64,000 bases of DNA from Spirochaetales bacterium (GCA_012523305.1 JAAYIV010000141.1:5161-69160); one strand, 5' to 3'; positions 10,091 to 20,869 are shown, numbered from the stretch's first letter. Translations and numbers: made by a program. Notes: a model not told the origin generated them from the sequence alone.

Positions 10091-12820
10091 TCAGGCTCCA
10101 TGACAATGTTTGTATTTCTTTCCACTCCCGCACGGGCACGGTTCGTTACGTCCGACTTTTTGCGTTGTCCGTACGATCTGGACCGGATGAGGTCCTTGCT
10201 GTCCCCCCATATGACGTTGCGGCGGTGCAGTAGCATTGAATTGATCGGCTCCGCCATGAGATTCGATTACCCTCGAAGGTATGGGTCTGCGTTGCGTCAT
10301 CGAAGGATCATCCGCTTGAATCCGTACCTTTACCAGCATTCTGGCTATATATCGCTTGATCTCTTTGATCATCGATTCAAAAATGTCAAAACCTTCAAGC
10401 TTATACTCAAGCAATGGATTTTTCTGGGCATATGAACGTAGATACACGGCTTCGCGTAACGCTTCCAATTGCTCAAGATGTTCTTGCCAGCGCATATCGA
10501 TCTGACGCAAATATTGGAATCTGAGGAAATCGTTGAATGGTTTCTCGCCAGTTATACCAACTTTTGACCATACTTCCTGTTCGATTACTGATTGTATCGC
10601 TTCAGTTATGGCATTGCTGTCGGATCGAGCGACAAGATCGCTATCGACAGTATAATCAAGACCGAAGATCTCGAGTAACCGTTCTTTGAACGATAACACG
10701 GTTCGCTCTACGCTTTCTTTCATCGAAAGCAGTTCTTCGCTTACTTCCTTGACAATTGTCCTACAAGATTCCAGACCCCGCGTCACGAGATTGTCAGCCA
10801 TGAGTATTTCATCACGCTGTCCGTAGATATAATTCCTCTGTTCATTGAGTACATCATCATATTCTAGCAAATGTTTTCTGATTTCAAAGTTCTGTTCCTC
10901 GACCCGGGTCTGTGCTTTTTCAATTGCTCTGGTAATCATCGAATGTTCGATAGGGTCAGCACCCATTCCTATTCGTCCGAGCATGTTCTTGATCGAATCT
11001 TTTGCAAATAGACGCATGAGGCTGTCATCGAGAGAAAGGAAGAACCGTGAAACACCAGGATCTCCCTGACGACCCGAACGTCCTCTGAGCTGATTGTCTA
11101 TTCGCCTGGATTCGTGACGCTCGGTTCCCAGGATGTACAAGCCTCCCAATTGCTTGACCTCTTCATAGTCCTTTTTCCATTGCGGATATACCTTTTCTTT
11201 AGCTTGATTGATCTCTTCGACACCAGCTTCGATCGAACAAAGGCTCCGGGCTCTCAGTTCAAGCGAACCTCCCAGTTTGATGTCCGTTCCTCGGCCTGCC
11301 ATGTTAGTGGCTATCGTGACGGAACCTTTAGCTCCGGCTTGCGCGATGATCATTGCTTCCCTTGCATGATTCTTTGCATTAAGCACTTCGTGACGGATTT
11401 TTCTCCTAAGTAAAAGGGCAGATAAATATTCTGATTTCTCAATCGACACGGTTCCGATTAAAATCGGCTGCCCTGTCGCATGAACCCGTGCAATCTCGTC
11501 ACAAATCGCATCGAATTTATAAGCTTCGTTGAGATAGATCACGTCCTGAGCATCTTTCCTGACCAAGGGTAGGTGGGTAGGGATAACCACGACATCGAGA
11601 TTGTATATCTTCAGGAATTCCGGGGCTTCGGTATCAGCAGTTCCCGTCATACCCGAAATCTTGTCGTACATCCTAAAGAAATTTTGGAAAGTGATGGTGG
11701 CGAGCGTCCTGTTCTGGACTTCGACCTTGATATTCTCTTTTGCTTCGATCGCTTGGTGCAACCCTTCGCTATATCGCCTTCCATGAAGGATGCGGCCGGT
11801 AAATTCATCGACGATCTGAACTTTTTTTTCTGCGATTACATAATCCACGTCCAAGTGAAAGAGCCGATGGGCTTTTACCGCTTGCGTCATATAATGGACA
11901 AATTCAAAATTCTCCCCGTCATAGAGCGATCCTTTGATAATCTGTTTGCGAACCAGCAGTTCTTCGATATGCAATAGTCCTTCATTGGTAAAAGTGACGC
12001 GCTTTGATTTTTCATCGACTTGATAATCTCCCGAAGGATCTTCAGGGTACTCGTCAGTCTGGGGATCTTTTTCACATTCGGTCAATAAGGGAACTATACT
12101 ATTTGCAGCCCTGATCTTATGGGTGTCGTCAGCTGCCTGACCACTGATGATCAATGGTGTTCGTGCCTCATCGATCAATATCGAGTCGATTTCATCGATG
12201 ATGCAATAATGATGGAGCGGTTGGATCTTTTCCCGAGCATCCCACTTCATGTTGTCTCGTAAATAATCAAACCCAAATTCGTTGTTCGTCCCGTAGGTAA
12301 TGTCGCAACTGTATGCAATCCTTCTCGCTTCATTATCGAGATTTGACAGTATGGTCCCCACGCTCAGGCCCAACATCTCGAAAACTGGCCCCATCCATTG
12401 TGCATCGCGTTCAGCCAAATAATCATTGACCGTTACGATATGGACACCCTTTCCTTCGAGTGCATTTAGGTATGCTGCCGGGACACATGTGAGGGTTTTC
12501 CCTTCACCGGTCTTCATTTCCAGGATTTTTCCTTCATGCAAGACAATAGCGCCCATGATCTGTTCGTCGTAAGCTCGTTCTTTCAATACCCTCTTGGCTG
12601 CTTCCCGTGCCAAAGCAAATGCATCGGGAAGCATTTCTTCGAGCGAGGCACCTCCAGCGACTTTTTGCTTCAAAAGTTGTGTTTGTTTTGGAAAGTCCGC
12701 GTCATTAAAAGAACTAGCCCATTGTTCACGGCTATTTACGATATCGACCATAGGGGCGAGATGTTTCAAGTCCTTTTCCTGTTTTGTTCCGAAAAGTCTT
12801 TGCATGAACGTTTTTGCCAT
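10091..12820 (-). CDS. secA: Preprotein translocase ATPase SecA
   Basis: 909 aa. MKTGEGKTL Walker A, DEAD-like motor motifs and the C-terminal zinc motif [14 protein letters not shown] are present. Confidence 0.97.
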   Translation of the reverse strand: MAKTFMQRLFGTKQEKDLKHLAPMVDIVNSREQWASSFNDADFPKQTQLLKQKVAGGASLEEMLPDAFALAREAAKRVLKERAYDEQIMGAIVLHEGKILEMKTGEGKTLTCVPAAYLNALEGKGVHIVTVNDYLAERDAQWMGPVFEMLGLSVGTILSNLDNEARRIAYSCDITYGTNNEFGFDYLRDNMKWDAREKIQPLHHYCIIDEIDSILIDEARTPLIISGQAADDTHKIRAANSIVPLLTECEKDPQTDEYPEDPSGDYQVDEKSKRVTFTNEGLLHIEELLVRKQIIKGSLYDGENFEFVHYMTQAVKAHRLFHLDVDYVIAEKKVQIVDEFTGRILHGRRYSEGLHQAIEAKENIKVEVQNRTLATITFQNFFRMYDKISGMTGTADTEAPEFLKIYNLDVVVIPTHLPLVRKDAQDVIYLNEAYKFDAICDEIARVHATGQPILIGTVSIEKSEYLSALLLRRKIRHEVLNAKNHAREAMIIAQAGAKGSVTIATNMAGRGTDIKLGGSLELRARSLCSIEAGVEEINQAKEKVYPQWKKDYEEVKQLGGLYILGTERHESRRIDNQLRGRSGRQGDPGVSRFFLSLDDSLMRLFAKDSIKNMLGRIGMGADPIEHSMITRAIEKAQTRVEEQNFEIRKHLLEYDDVLNEQRNYIYGQRDEILMADNLVTRGLESCRTIVKEVSEELLSMKESVERTVLSFKERLLEIFGLDYTVDSDLVARSDSNAITEAIQSVIEQEVWSKVGITGEKPFNDFLRFQYLRQIDMRWQEHLEQLEALREAVYLRSYAQKNPLLEYKLEGFDIFESMIKEIKRYIARMLVKVRIQADDPSMTQRRPIPSRVIESHGGADQFNATAPPQRHMGGQQGPHPVQIVRTTQKVGRNEPCPCGSGKKYKHCHGA

Positions 12821-12939
12821 TACTCATCCTCGATAAGACATTCTGTGTTAGGTAAAGTATACCTAATCGAGAAATAAGTGTATATCGCTTTTTATCCATA
12901 TATAATATGGTATAGTCTGATTACTATGGAGTGGTCGCA

Positions 12940-14028
12940 ATGAATATCTGCTTTACCGGCGGAGGAACCGCAGGACATATTTTTCCTGCATTGCAAGTTG
13001 ATCATGCAATGCAATCCCGCCTATCTGCATCCGGACAGCCATATCAACGATTTTGGATAGGTTCGAAGGATGAACATGAGCAGAGTTGGGTACAATCAGC
13101 TTCAATCGATTTTTATCCGATCAGTACGGGGAAACTTCGTAGATACGTGTCAGTAAAGAACCTTACCGATATCGGTAAGGTGATCCTGGGTTGTATCCAA
13201 GCTTTTTTTATCTTACGCAAGTTACGACCCGATGTAGTGTTTTCGAAGGGTGGATTCGTCTCGGTTCCCGTCGTGTTCGCTGCATGGTTATTGCGAATTC
13301 CTTCAATTACCCACGAATCGGATGCTTCGCTCGGATTGGCAACGCGTATCAATTCATTGTTTTCGAAGCGTTTATGCGTATCGTTTCCGGAAGTCGGCTC
13401 ATCATGCAAGCCATCGATTAAAAAAAACATGGTCGTGACCGGAACTCCTGTGAGGTTTGCGAAAGAACAAACCGATGCATCCCGAGGAAGAACATTCCTT
13501 TCCATAGATGACAAACGTCCGCTGATCGTGGTGCTGGGAGGAAGCCAGGGTGCGCTGCAGATCAACAACCTGGTATGGGACCATCTGGGTGAATTGACAA
13601 GCTTGGGGTATGTATTTCACCAAACCGGGTCGTCGACGTATAAGCCGATTGAATATCCCGGATATGTCGCAAAAGCGTTTGTAGAAGAACATCTTGAAGA
13701 TATCATTGCCGCTGCAACCGTGGTTGTCTCACGTGCAGGAGCTACAGCATTAGGAGAATTTATCGAACTGGAAAAACCGATGCTTCTCATTCCTCTGGGA
13801 TCCGGAGCCTCTCGGGGTGACCAGTATGCAAATGCCGTTCGATTAGAACGTGAGCAAGCGGCAATCGTATTACGAGAAACATCCGATAGTAGTTTTATGG
13901 ATTCTCTTCGATCATTACTATTTAACAGCGACAAGCGAGATGATATGATTGCAAACTGTAAGCGTTTGAAAACAATTGATTCGGAAGGACGTATTGTTGA
14001 TCAGATATTATTATCAATGGAAAGGTAA
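12940..14028 (+). CDS. murG: UDP-N-acetylglucosamine:lipid I GlcNAc transferase MurG
   Basis: ICFTGGGTAGHIFPAL and the C-terminal RAGATALGEF are present. ATG 12940 follows GGAG. The ORF track starts at GTG 12931. Confidence 0.9.
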   Translation: MNICFTGGGTAGHIFPALQVDHAMQSRLSASGQPYQRFWIGSKDEHEQSWVQSASIDFYPISTGKLRRYVSVKNLTDIGKVILGCIQAFFILRKLRPDVVFSKGGFVSVPVVFAAWLLRIPSITHESDASLGLATRINSLFSKRLCVSFPEVGSSCKPSIKKNMVVTGTPVRFAKEQTDASRGRTFLSIDDKRPLIVVLGGSQGALQINNLVWDHLGELTSLGYVFHQTGSSTYKPIEYPGYVAKAFVEEHLEDIIAAATVVVSRAGATALGEFIELEKPMLLIPLGSGASRGDQYANAVRLEREQAAIVLRETSDSSFMDSLRSLLFNSDKRDDMIANCKRLKTIDSEGRIVDQILLSMER

Positions 14029-14033
14029 GGAGC

Positions 14034-14555
14034 ATGACCATGGCTGAATGGGGTTTCCAATTAGGATCATACTGGTTTAATGCTATCGATGTAATCATCG
14101 TCGTAATTGCATTACTCGGAGCGATTACCGGAGTAATCAGAGGATTTTCAATAGAATTTTCTTCAAGGGCCGGATTTCTCATCGGATTCGCTATTGCATT
14201 GATATTCTCAAATATAATTTCTCATCTATTTACCAATACCTTCAATTTACCGGTATTCTGGAGTACTTTCATTGCTTACATCGTATTATTTATCGTGGGA
14301 TACCTGTTCACCATGGCAATCGGAAATATGTTGGATCGAGCTCTGGATGCCTTAGGATTGGACTGGCTCGACCGGCTTCTGGGATTTTTCTTGGGAATCG
14401 TGGAAGTACTGGTTGTCATATCTGCCATTGTCTATCTACTTGAATTGCAGAGTGTCATCAACGTTCGTCCCTATTTGGATCCTAGTTTTTTTGCAGAAAA
14501 GATCTTGCGGCCGCTGGCAAAAATCGGATCTTCGTTCGTCAAGGAAATTATTTGA
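14034..14555 (+). CDS. CvpA-family integral membrane protein
   Basis: 173 aa with about 4 TM helices. The N-terminus NAIDVIIVVIALLGAITGVIRGF is typical of colicin V production protein family members. Confidence 0.6.
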   Translation: MTMAEWGFQLGSYWFNAIDVIIVVIALLGAITGVIRGFSIEFSSRAGFLIGFAIALIFSNIISHLFTNTFNLPVFWSTFIAYIVLFIVGYLFTMAIGNMLDRALDALGLDWLDRLLGFFLGIVEVLVVISAIVYLLELQSVINVRPYLDPSFFAEKILRPLAKIGSSFVKEII

Positions 14556-15736
14556 TGTATGGCAAGATAGCAGTGTTTCACCAAACACTTACCGACCGGT
14601 TGTCTGGCGAACTGGGGAAAAAAGTATTTCCTCACGTTTCATTGTTCAGCGGGCCACGTTTTAGCGGTCGAATGTCATTGGTTCTTGAAACCTGTCGGAT
14701 CATTGCCTGTCAATTACGATCTGAAGACACATGCACATGCCGTTCATGCACGCAATCGCACATACTGGATTGGACAAATATAGTCATTGTCGCATCCAGA
14801 GACCATGCATTGATGTTTGAAGCCCTGTGCAATGCGTATGACGAAAAACGTACCGCTGAATTGAAAAATCTGCTCATCAGGAACACCAAGATCCTTTTGC
14901 TGCAATTCCATGAGGCTCTTTTAGGCTCCTCGTCACAGAAACATCAATCATTTGATGCAGCTTCATTGGCCAACGAACGCTTGATGGACTTCACGCAATC
15001 CGCTGAGAACGAATCCGGGACAACATTGAAAGCATTGCGAGATGCCGTGAAGCCGATTGTTTCTTCATCGAAGAAAACTGGATCGATATCCATCGGACAC
15101 GTGAGACTCCTTCAGGAGTGGGCTTCAAAAAATACTTTGGACGGAAGTAAAAAATTTATCATACTGGAAGGTGTTGAAAGTTCAAATGACGCTTCACGAA
15201 ACAGTTTGCTTAAGTTTCTTGAAGAACCACCGGAGGACACTTATATCTTTTTACTTTCTGACCATCCTTCGACAATCCCTCAGACAATACTGTCCAGAGT
15301 TCGTCATTATCAGGTGCCAGCGATATCGTCAGAGAATAAAAATCGATTGATTTCTTCTGTATTTCATGAAGAGGGCAAAACATATGATTCAGTTGAAACA
15401 TTGATATTGACAAAAGCAGGCTATGATTGTCAACAATTACTCTTAGATGCACATTCATATATCGATAAGATTGTCTCTCCGAACATTGCGGATGCGGATG
15501 ACATATCAGCCCTTGTGACGAACATGGACGAAATTGCATCGTTTGACTATTTTTTACAAATGATTGTGAGAAGGGTGATTGAGAGTGTACGTGCGAATCG
15601 TATGCCGGTCGCGAAGGCTATCAAAGCGAATCGAGCAATCAGCGAAGCAAAGATGGCGGTGAAAGTGTTCAATCAGCAGAGACGGTTGGCTTTGGAAAGT
15701 CTCTTTTACCGATTGCGTGAGGTTCTCGGGCAATGA
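14552..15736 (+). CDS. holB: DNA polymerase III delta-prime-like subunit
   Basis: KKFIILEGVESSNDASRNSLLKFLEEPPEDTYIFLLS....PQTILSRVRHYQV matches the clamp-loader delta-prime sensor and SRC region. It has no intact Walker A. It overlaps cvpA by 4 nt. Confidence 0.6.
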   Translation: MMYGKIAVFHQTLTDRLSGELGKKVFPHVSLFSGPRFSGRMSLVLETCRIIACQLRSEDTCTCRSCTQSHILDWTNIVIVASRDHALMFEALCNAYDEKRTAELKNLLIRNTKILLLQFHEALLGSSSQKHQSFDAASLANERLMDFTQSAENESGTTLKALRDAVKPIVSSSKKTGSISIGHVRLLQEWASKNTLDGSKKFIILEGVESSNDASRNSLLKFLEEPPEDTYIFLLSDHPSTIPQTILSRVRHYQVPAISSENKNRLISSVFHEEGKTYDSVETLILTKAGYDCQQLLLDAHSYIDKIVSPNIADADDISALVTNMDEIASFDYFLQMIVRRVIESVRANRMPVAKAIKANRAISEAKMAVKVFNQQRRLALESLFYRLREVLGQ

Positions 15737-16929
15737 ATAATTTTGTAAGACGAGCTTTTGAAAAAATAGACAAACTCAGCATTGATGAAATAAAGACGTT
15801 GGTGGGCTACCAAGCTTCTGAAAATGAACTCTTAGGGAAGGTCTGCGAATCTGTCGACATGGGAATAGTAGTGATAAGCGAATCAGGAAGAGTGTTGTAT
15901 TGCAACATGGAAAGCCGCCGATTATTGCCATTGTCAAGGACCCTTGCCGAAGGAGCCTCGATCAAATGGGCATTGGGGGATCCGGATGTGGCCCAATTCT
16001 TTGCAGAAGCATTGGATAACGGTTCCACATTAGCTGATCCGGTCAAAGAGTTTAATTTCCAGCGAGGAGAGTGGACGAGGACGCTTGAGATCACCTATTC
16101 ATATTTCGACAGTGAAGTGGACCAGGTGTTCAAACACGACATCGGCACGCGACACATATTTTTTATTCGTGATGTTTCCGACCACAAGCGCCAAGAAGCA
16201 CGGTTGCATCGTTCTGAAAGTCTCGCTTCATTGACCACCGTCGCGGCCGGTGTCGCACATGAGATCAAAAACCCGCTCGCATCGATCGGCATTCATCTAC
16301 AGCTTTTGAGAAAAGCGTTTCATCGGAAACAATCATTGACAAAAGAGGATGCGAAGCGTTATCTGGATATCATCGATGAAGAAATTGAACGGCTGAATGC
16401 GATTGTCGTTGACTTCCTGTTTGCCGTAAGGCCGATGGATGTTCATCTGAGGTTGGAAAGCATCAATCGAATCCTCAATGAGTTATGTGTTTTTGTCGAG
16501 CCGGAATTAGCTGAGCATAAGATAACCATCAAGATGAATCTGGGGTCATTCTTGCCAAAAGTCCTGATAGATGAGAACCTTATCAAACAAGCTTCGCTGA
16601 ACATCATCAAGAACGCGATGAATGCGATGGAACACACAGGAGGGTATCTCACGGTAACCACGAAATTGGAACAGGATCATGTGCTGCTTTCATTCACCGA
16701 TACAGGAATCGGTATGTCAGAGCAGACATTGTCAAAGATCTTCGAACCCTATTTCACTACGAAAAGTACCGGTTCCGGTCTGGGATTGACGATGGTGTTT
16801 AAAGTCGTAAAAGAACACAACGGAGAAGTGAATGTGAGTTCTCATTTGGGAGAAGGAACGACATTTACCATTTCTTTGCCCGTTCCGAAGAGTGAACGGA
16901 TGGTGATCGAGGACAAGGGGGAAGCATGA
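15733..16929 (+). CDS. Cytoplasmic PAS-domain sensor histidine kinase (NtrB/AtoS-like)
   Basis: H-box AHEIKNPLASI, N-box IIKNAMNAM and G-boxes DTGIGM and GSGLGL are present. It has no TM segments. The N-terminal half is PAS-like. Confidence 0.85.
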   Translation: MNNFVRRAFEKIDKLSIDEIKTLVGYQASENELLGKVCESVDMGIVVISESGRVLYCNMESRRLLPLSRTLAEGASIKWALGDPDVAQFFAEALDNGSTLADPVKEFNFQRGEWTRTLEITYSYFDSEVDQVFKHDIGTRHIFFIRDVSDHKRQEARLHRSESLASLTTVAAGVAHEIKNPLASIGIHLQLLRKAFHRKQSLTKEDAKRYLDIIDEEIERLNAIVVDFLFAVRPMDVHLRLESINRILNELCVFVEPELAEHKITIKMNLGSFLPKVLIDENLIKQASLNIIKNAMNAMEHTGGYLTVTTKLEQDHVLLSFTDTGIGMSEQTLSKIFEPYFTTKSTGSGLGLTMVFKVVKEHNGEVNVSSHLGEGTTFTISLPVPKSERMVIEDKGEA

Positions 16930-18287
16930 AACGCACCATTTTGGTAGCGGATGATGAAAAAAACATTCGTAACGGATTGCAGATCGCCTTGGAAGATGAA
17001 GGGTATGAAGTATTGCTCGCCGCAGATGGGAATGAAGCTTGGAAGCTACTGGTATCAAGCAATATCGATTTGGTTGTCAGTGATTTACGCATGCCGGGTC
17101 TTTCGGGTCAAGACTTGTTGAAAAAGGTAGTTTCCTCTTTTCCGATGATGCCGGTAATAATTCTGACCGGTCATGGAACGATTGAATCAGCGGTAGAGGC
17201 GATGCGTAATGGAGCGGTTGACTTCGTAACCAAACCCCTTAACCTCGACCGACTGTTCCTTATGATACGCCGTGCATTAACAAATCGCGAATTGTATGAC
17301 CAGAATGAAGCTTTAAAAAAAGAACTCGAACAGTTAAAGAGAGAGACGGGATCTGACAAGATTATCGGTAAAAGTGAGAAGATGGTTCGATTGATGGACA
17401 GGATTCGTCAGGTTGCCGATGCCCAGGCTAGCGTTCTTATCACAGGAGAAAGCGGGGTGGGCAAAGAGCTGGTAGCTGATGCGCTCCATCATTTTTCATC
17501 GAGGGCAACCGGTCCATTCATCAAAGTCAGTTGTGCCTCATTTGCCGAAACATTGCTTGAGGATGAACTGTTCGGACATGAAAAAGGTGCGTTCAGCGGA
17601 GCTGTTTCATCAAGAAAAGGACGGTTCGAACTGGCTGACGGGGGAACCCTATTTCTTGATGAGATAGGTGAGATAAACCAATCAACGCAAGTAAAATTAC
17701 TGAGAGTGTTACAAGAACGAAGCTTCGAACGGCTAGGAGGAGAAAAGACTCTTCAGGTCGATGTCCGGTTAGTGGCTGCAACAAACAGAAACCTGAAGGA
17801 TGAAGTCGACAGGGGTCGATTCAGGGAAGATCTTTATTATAGACTTAACGTAGTACATCTTGATGTGCCGCCGCTTCGTGAACGGAAAGAAGATATTCCT
17901 TTGCTCATCGCCCATTTCTTGCAGACGTATAATGAGCGAAACAAACGTTCGGTTGAAGGATTCACCTCCCGGGCTAAAGCTGCGATGTTGAATTACGACT
18001 GGCCGGGAAATATCAGGGAATTGGGCAATTGTGTCGAAAGTACCGTGGTACTTGCAACCGACAAGACAATCCATTTGGAAGACCTTCCCGCTGCAATCCG
18101 CAATGCGGGATCTGAAGAGCGGCTCACAATTCCGGTTGGAACGACGATGGCTCAGGCTGAGAAGGAAATCATCTTGGCGACTATCGCCCATTGCGGTGGA
18201 AACAAATCGAAGGCTGCCGAGGTGTTAGGCTTGGCACGCAAGACACTTCATAGGAAGTTACAGGAATACCAACTTGCAACAGAGTGA
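16926..18287 (+). CDS. Sigma-54-dependent response regulator (NtrC family enhancer-binding protein)
   Basis: It has a receiver domain (ILVADDE...DLVVSDLRMPG), an AAA+ domain (GESGVGKE; GAFSGA variant of GAFTGA; FLDEIGE) and a C-terminal Fis-type HTH (GGNKSKAAEVLGLARKTLHRKL). Confidence 0.9.
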   Translation: MKRTILVADDEKNIRNGLQIALEDEGYEVLLAADGNEAWKLLVSSNIDLVVSDLRMPGLSGQDLLKKVVSSFPMMPVIILTGHGTIESAVEAMRNGAVDFVTKPLNLDRLFLMIRRALTNRELYDQNEALKKELEQLKRETGSDKIIGKSEKMVRLMDRIRQVADAQASVLITGESGVGKELVADALHHFSSRATGPFIKVSCASFAETLLEDELFGHEKGAFSGAVSSRKGRFELADGGTLFLDEIGEINQSTQVKLLRVLQERSFERLGGEKTLQVDVRLVAATNRNLKDEVDRGRFREDLYYRLNVVHLDVPPLRERKEDIPLLIAHFLQTYNERNKRSVEGFTSRAKAAMLNYDWPGNIRELGNCVESTVVLATDKTIHLEDLPAAIRNAGSEERLTIPVGTTMAQAEKEIILATIAHCGGNKSKAAEVLGLARKTLHRKLQEYQLATE

Positions 18288-20373
18288 CATATACGACGTA
18301 TTTGATGAAGGCGGAGCATTATCAAAACGTTTCAAAGGATATGAATACCGCGAAGGCCAGTTAGAAATGGCATTAACGGTTGCTGAAGTTTATCGGAAAG
18401 GTGGAATTGCAGTGATGGAAGCAGGCACCGGGATCGGTAAATCTTTTGCCTACCTTGTTTGTGCGCTATTACATGCAAACGAAGATCCCGATGACAAGAC
18501 CATCGTGGCGACAGCTACCATCAATCTTCAAAAACAGCTGTTTGACAAAGATTTGGTCCAACTCTTTGAGGTATTGGAAACATCATGTTCGGTGGCGATG
18601 GTGATGGGCAGGGGAAATTACCTCTGTCTCAGACGCTTGGAGGATTATGTCGCAAGCATGCCCTTATTAGCTCGTGATGCGTCAAGTGGTCTAAGTCAAC
18701 TGATCAACTGGAGCGAGCGAACCGAAACCGGTTTGAGAATAGACATTCCATTCTTTCTCAATGCCGATGTATGGCAAGAGGTGAATTCCGATTCCGATTT
18801 GTGTATCGGTTATGGTTGCTCGCATGTCAAAGATTGTTATTTCATGAGATCTCGCAAGCAAGCGGCCGAAGCTAGGATATTGATTGCCAACCATCATTTG
18901 CTTTTTACCGACGCACGGTCAAGGATGCTTGACAATGTAGAATTTGACAAAGAAGCGGTGCTTCCTCCGTTCAGCAGACTGATCATCGACGAAGCGCACA
19001 ATATCGAACACAATGCTACCGATTTCTTTACCGCTAGTTATAGCGGATCGGAGCTTTTAAGGATATTCGGCAAAATTAGTCGTCAACGACGTGTATCAAG
19101 AAAAGGCTTGATCGAAGAACTGGCTCCCTATTCGAAGGATGACAAGTTATCCGGATCTCTTTTGGGACAAATTTCATATCTTGCTGAAGCCATCGGTCTA
19201 TTGGACACCTGGTTGTTGGCTTTCATGCAACAACATAAGAGTTCGAGTATGTTGATCAGGACTCACATGCAAGAGACACTCGTTGATTTCACGCATCTGT
19301 CCCGGCAGGTGGTTGCCTACGCACGCGACTTATGTACGATCGGAACTCGTTTTGTCGAACAATTATCCGTTCCCGATGAATTTGAACCGTATCTGATAGA
19401 ATTCAACGCTTACATGCATAGGATTGAAGCCTTTAGTGAACCTTTGGCACAATTTATCGACTATTCGCGTTGGACCGACGATGTCTACTGGTTTGAAATG
19501 GTTGAGAAAAATAGCTCAAGCCGTTCGGTGTGGGTCCATATCTCACCGTTGAGTGTTGCCGAAAAATTACAAGATCATTTGTTTTCTAAGCTGCAAACGG
19601 TCGTCTTCACTTCCGCAACTATGGATCTTGGTGATGATTTTACTTTCTGGGGCTCAAGAATCGGATTGCCATTGCATGATGGAAGAGCACACCTGACCGG
19701 TGTCCATCCGAGTCCTTTTGACTTTAAACACCGTCTGATGTTACTTACGCCGATAGATGCTCCGGTGTTTTCCGAACAGCATCCCGAGGTATTCATAAAC
19801 TATTGCGCTTCGGTGATAGGAGAAGCGATTCTTTCTAGCCAAGGTGGCGCACTCGTGCTTTTTACGTCCTACGGGATGTTGACCAAGGTTACCGATGCCG
19901 TTACGCCACTATTGAATTCCAACGGCATCACCGTGATGCGTCAGGGAGAAACCCAGCGTTCGCTGTTGTTACGCAGATTCATAGATGACAAAAACAGCGT
20001 TCTTTTCGCTACCGATTCATTTTGGGAAGGAGTCGATGCCCCCGGGGAGACCTTACGACTGGTGATAATCGCCAAATTACCTTTCAGGGTTCCCACCGAT
20101 CCGGTGTTCAGAGCACGTCAGGAGGCATTGGACAAAAACGGAGGCAGCGGCTTTTTTCAACTTGCTTTGCCCGAGGCAACGATGAAGCTGAAACAGGGCT
20201 TCGGTCGGTTACTGAGAAATACGCTCGATAGCGGGGTAGTGCTGATTCTTGACAGCCGAGTCGTCAACAAACGCTATGGCACCTGGATGCTCCAAGCATT
20301 ACCCGAATCGTATCATCCTGAAACCACGACTTCAGGAATTTGCGACAAGATTGAAAATTTTCTTTTTTCGTGA
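18274..20373 (+). CDS. DinG/Rad3-family ATP-dependent DNA helicase
   Basis: AGTGIGKSFAYL Walker A and the DEAH box IIDEAHNI are present. A Cys cluster (YLCLRR...CIGYGCSHVKDCYF) is consistent with an Fe-S domain. The C-terminus has WEGVD. The start is TTG and overlaps the response regulator gene. Confidence 0.8.
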   Translation: MQQSDIYDVFDEGGALSKRFKGYEYREGQLEMALTVAEVYRKGGIAVMEAGTGIGKSFAYLVCALLHANEDPDDKTIVATATINLQKQLFDKDLVQLFEVLETSCSVAMVMGRGNYLCLRRLEDYVASMPLLARDASSGLSQLINWSERTETGLRIDIPFFLNADVWQEVNSDSDLCIGYGCSHVKDCYFMRSRKQAAEARILIANHHLLFTDARSRMLDNVEFDKEAVLPPFSRLIIDEAHNIEHNATDFFTASYSGSELLRIFGKISRQRRVSRKGLIEELAPYSKDDKLSGSLLGQISYLAEAIGLLDTWLLAFMQQHKSSSMLIRTHMQETLVDFTHLSRQVVAYARDLCTIGTRFVEQLSVPDEFEPYLIEFNAYMHRIEAFSEPLAQFIDYSRWTDDVYWFEMVEKNSSSRSVWVHISPLSVAEKLQDHLFSKLQTVVFTSATMDLGDDFTFWGSRIGLPLHDGRAHLTGVHPSPFDFKHRLMLLTPIDAPVFSEQHPEVFINYCASVIGEAILSSQGGALVLFTSYGMLTKVTDAVTPLLNSNGITVMRQGETQRSLLLRRFIDDKNSVLFATDSFWEGVDAPGETLRLVIIAKLPFRVPTDPVFRARQEALDKNGGSGFFQLALPEATMKLKQGFGRLLRNTLDSGVVLILDSRVVNKRYGTWMLQALPESYHPETTTSGICDKIENFLFS

Positions 20374-20482
20374 ACCATATCGGTCTGAATTCAGAAATTA
20401 CTCATTGATAATCATTGAATGATAAATATTCAACAGTATTATATGGGGCAACGACAGTTGATATTGCTTAAATAGATTGATG

Positions 20483-20514
20483 AAAAAAAAGGGATGGCAA
20501 AAAACCATCCCTTT
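20483..20514. terminator. Bidirectional rho-independent terminator between the dinG-like gene and groES
   Basis: A8-GGGATGG-caaaaaa-CCATCCC-TTT. The 7-bp GC-rich stem is flanked by an A-run and a T-run, so it could work on both strands. Confidence 0.75.
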
Positions 20515-20534
20515 CAAAACATCGGATACTTCGC

Positions 20535-20798
20535 TTATCCGATTACAGCCAATACATCGGTCATGTGGAGAATCAAGTATTCCTCTCCATCAGCCTTCAC
20601 TGATGTTCCGGCATATTTGTCGTAGAGGATGCGATCGCCTTTCTTTACCTTGATCTCCTCATCATCGCCGATTTCCAAGACCACGGCCATCTGGGTCTTT
20701 TCTTGGGCTGTCTGCGGAATAAAGATGCCGCCGGCTGTTTTTTCCTGGATCTGCTCCATCTTTACAAGCAGTCTGTCTCCCATCGGTTTGATTGTCAT
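20535..20798 (-). CDS. groES: Co-chaperonin GroES
   Basis: MTIKPMGDRLLVK...GGIFIP...KEGDRILYDKYAGT is the classic Cpn10 sequence. No groEL is adjacent. Confidence 0.95.
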   Translation of the reverse strand: MTIKPMGDRLLVKMEQIQEKTAGGIFIPQTAQEKTQMAVVLEIGDDEEIKVKKGDRILYDKYAGTSVKADGEEYLILHMTDVLAVIG

Positions 20799-20869
20799 GA
20801 AAGGTCCTCCTGAATGACTATTGATTTTGTTAATGTTGTTAGTTTCGTCTTCTTACGAAATCCAATAGC

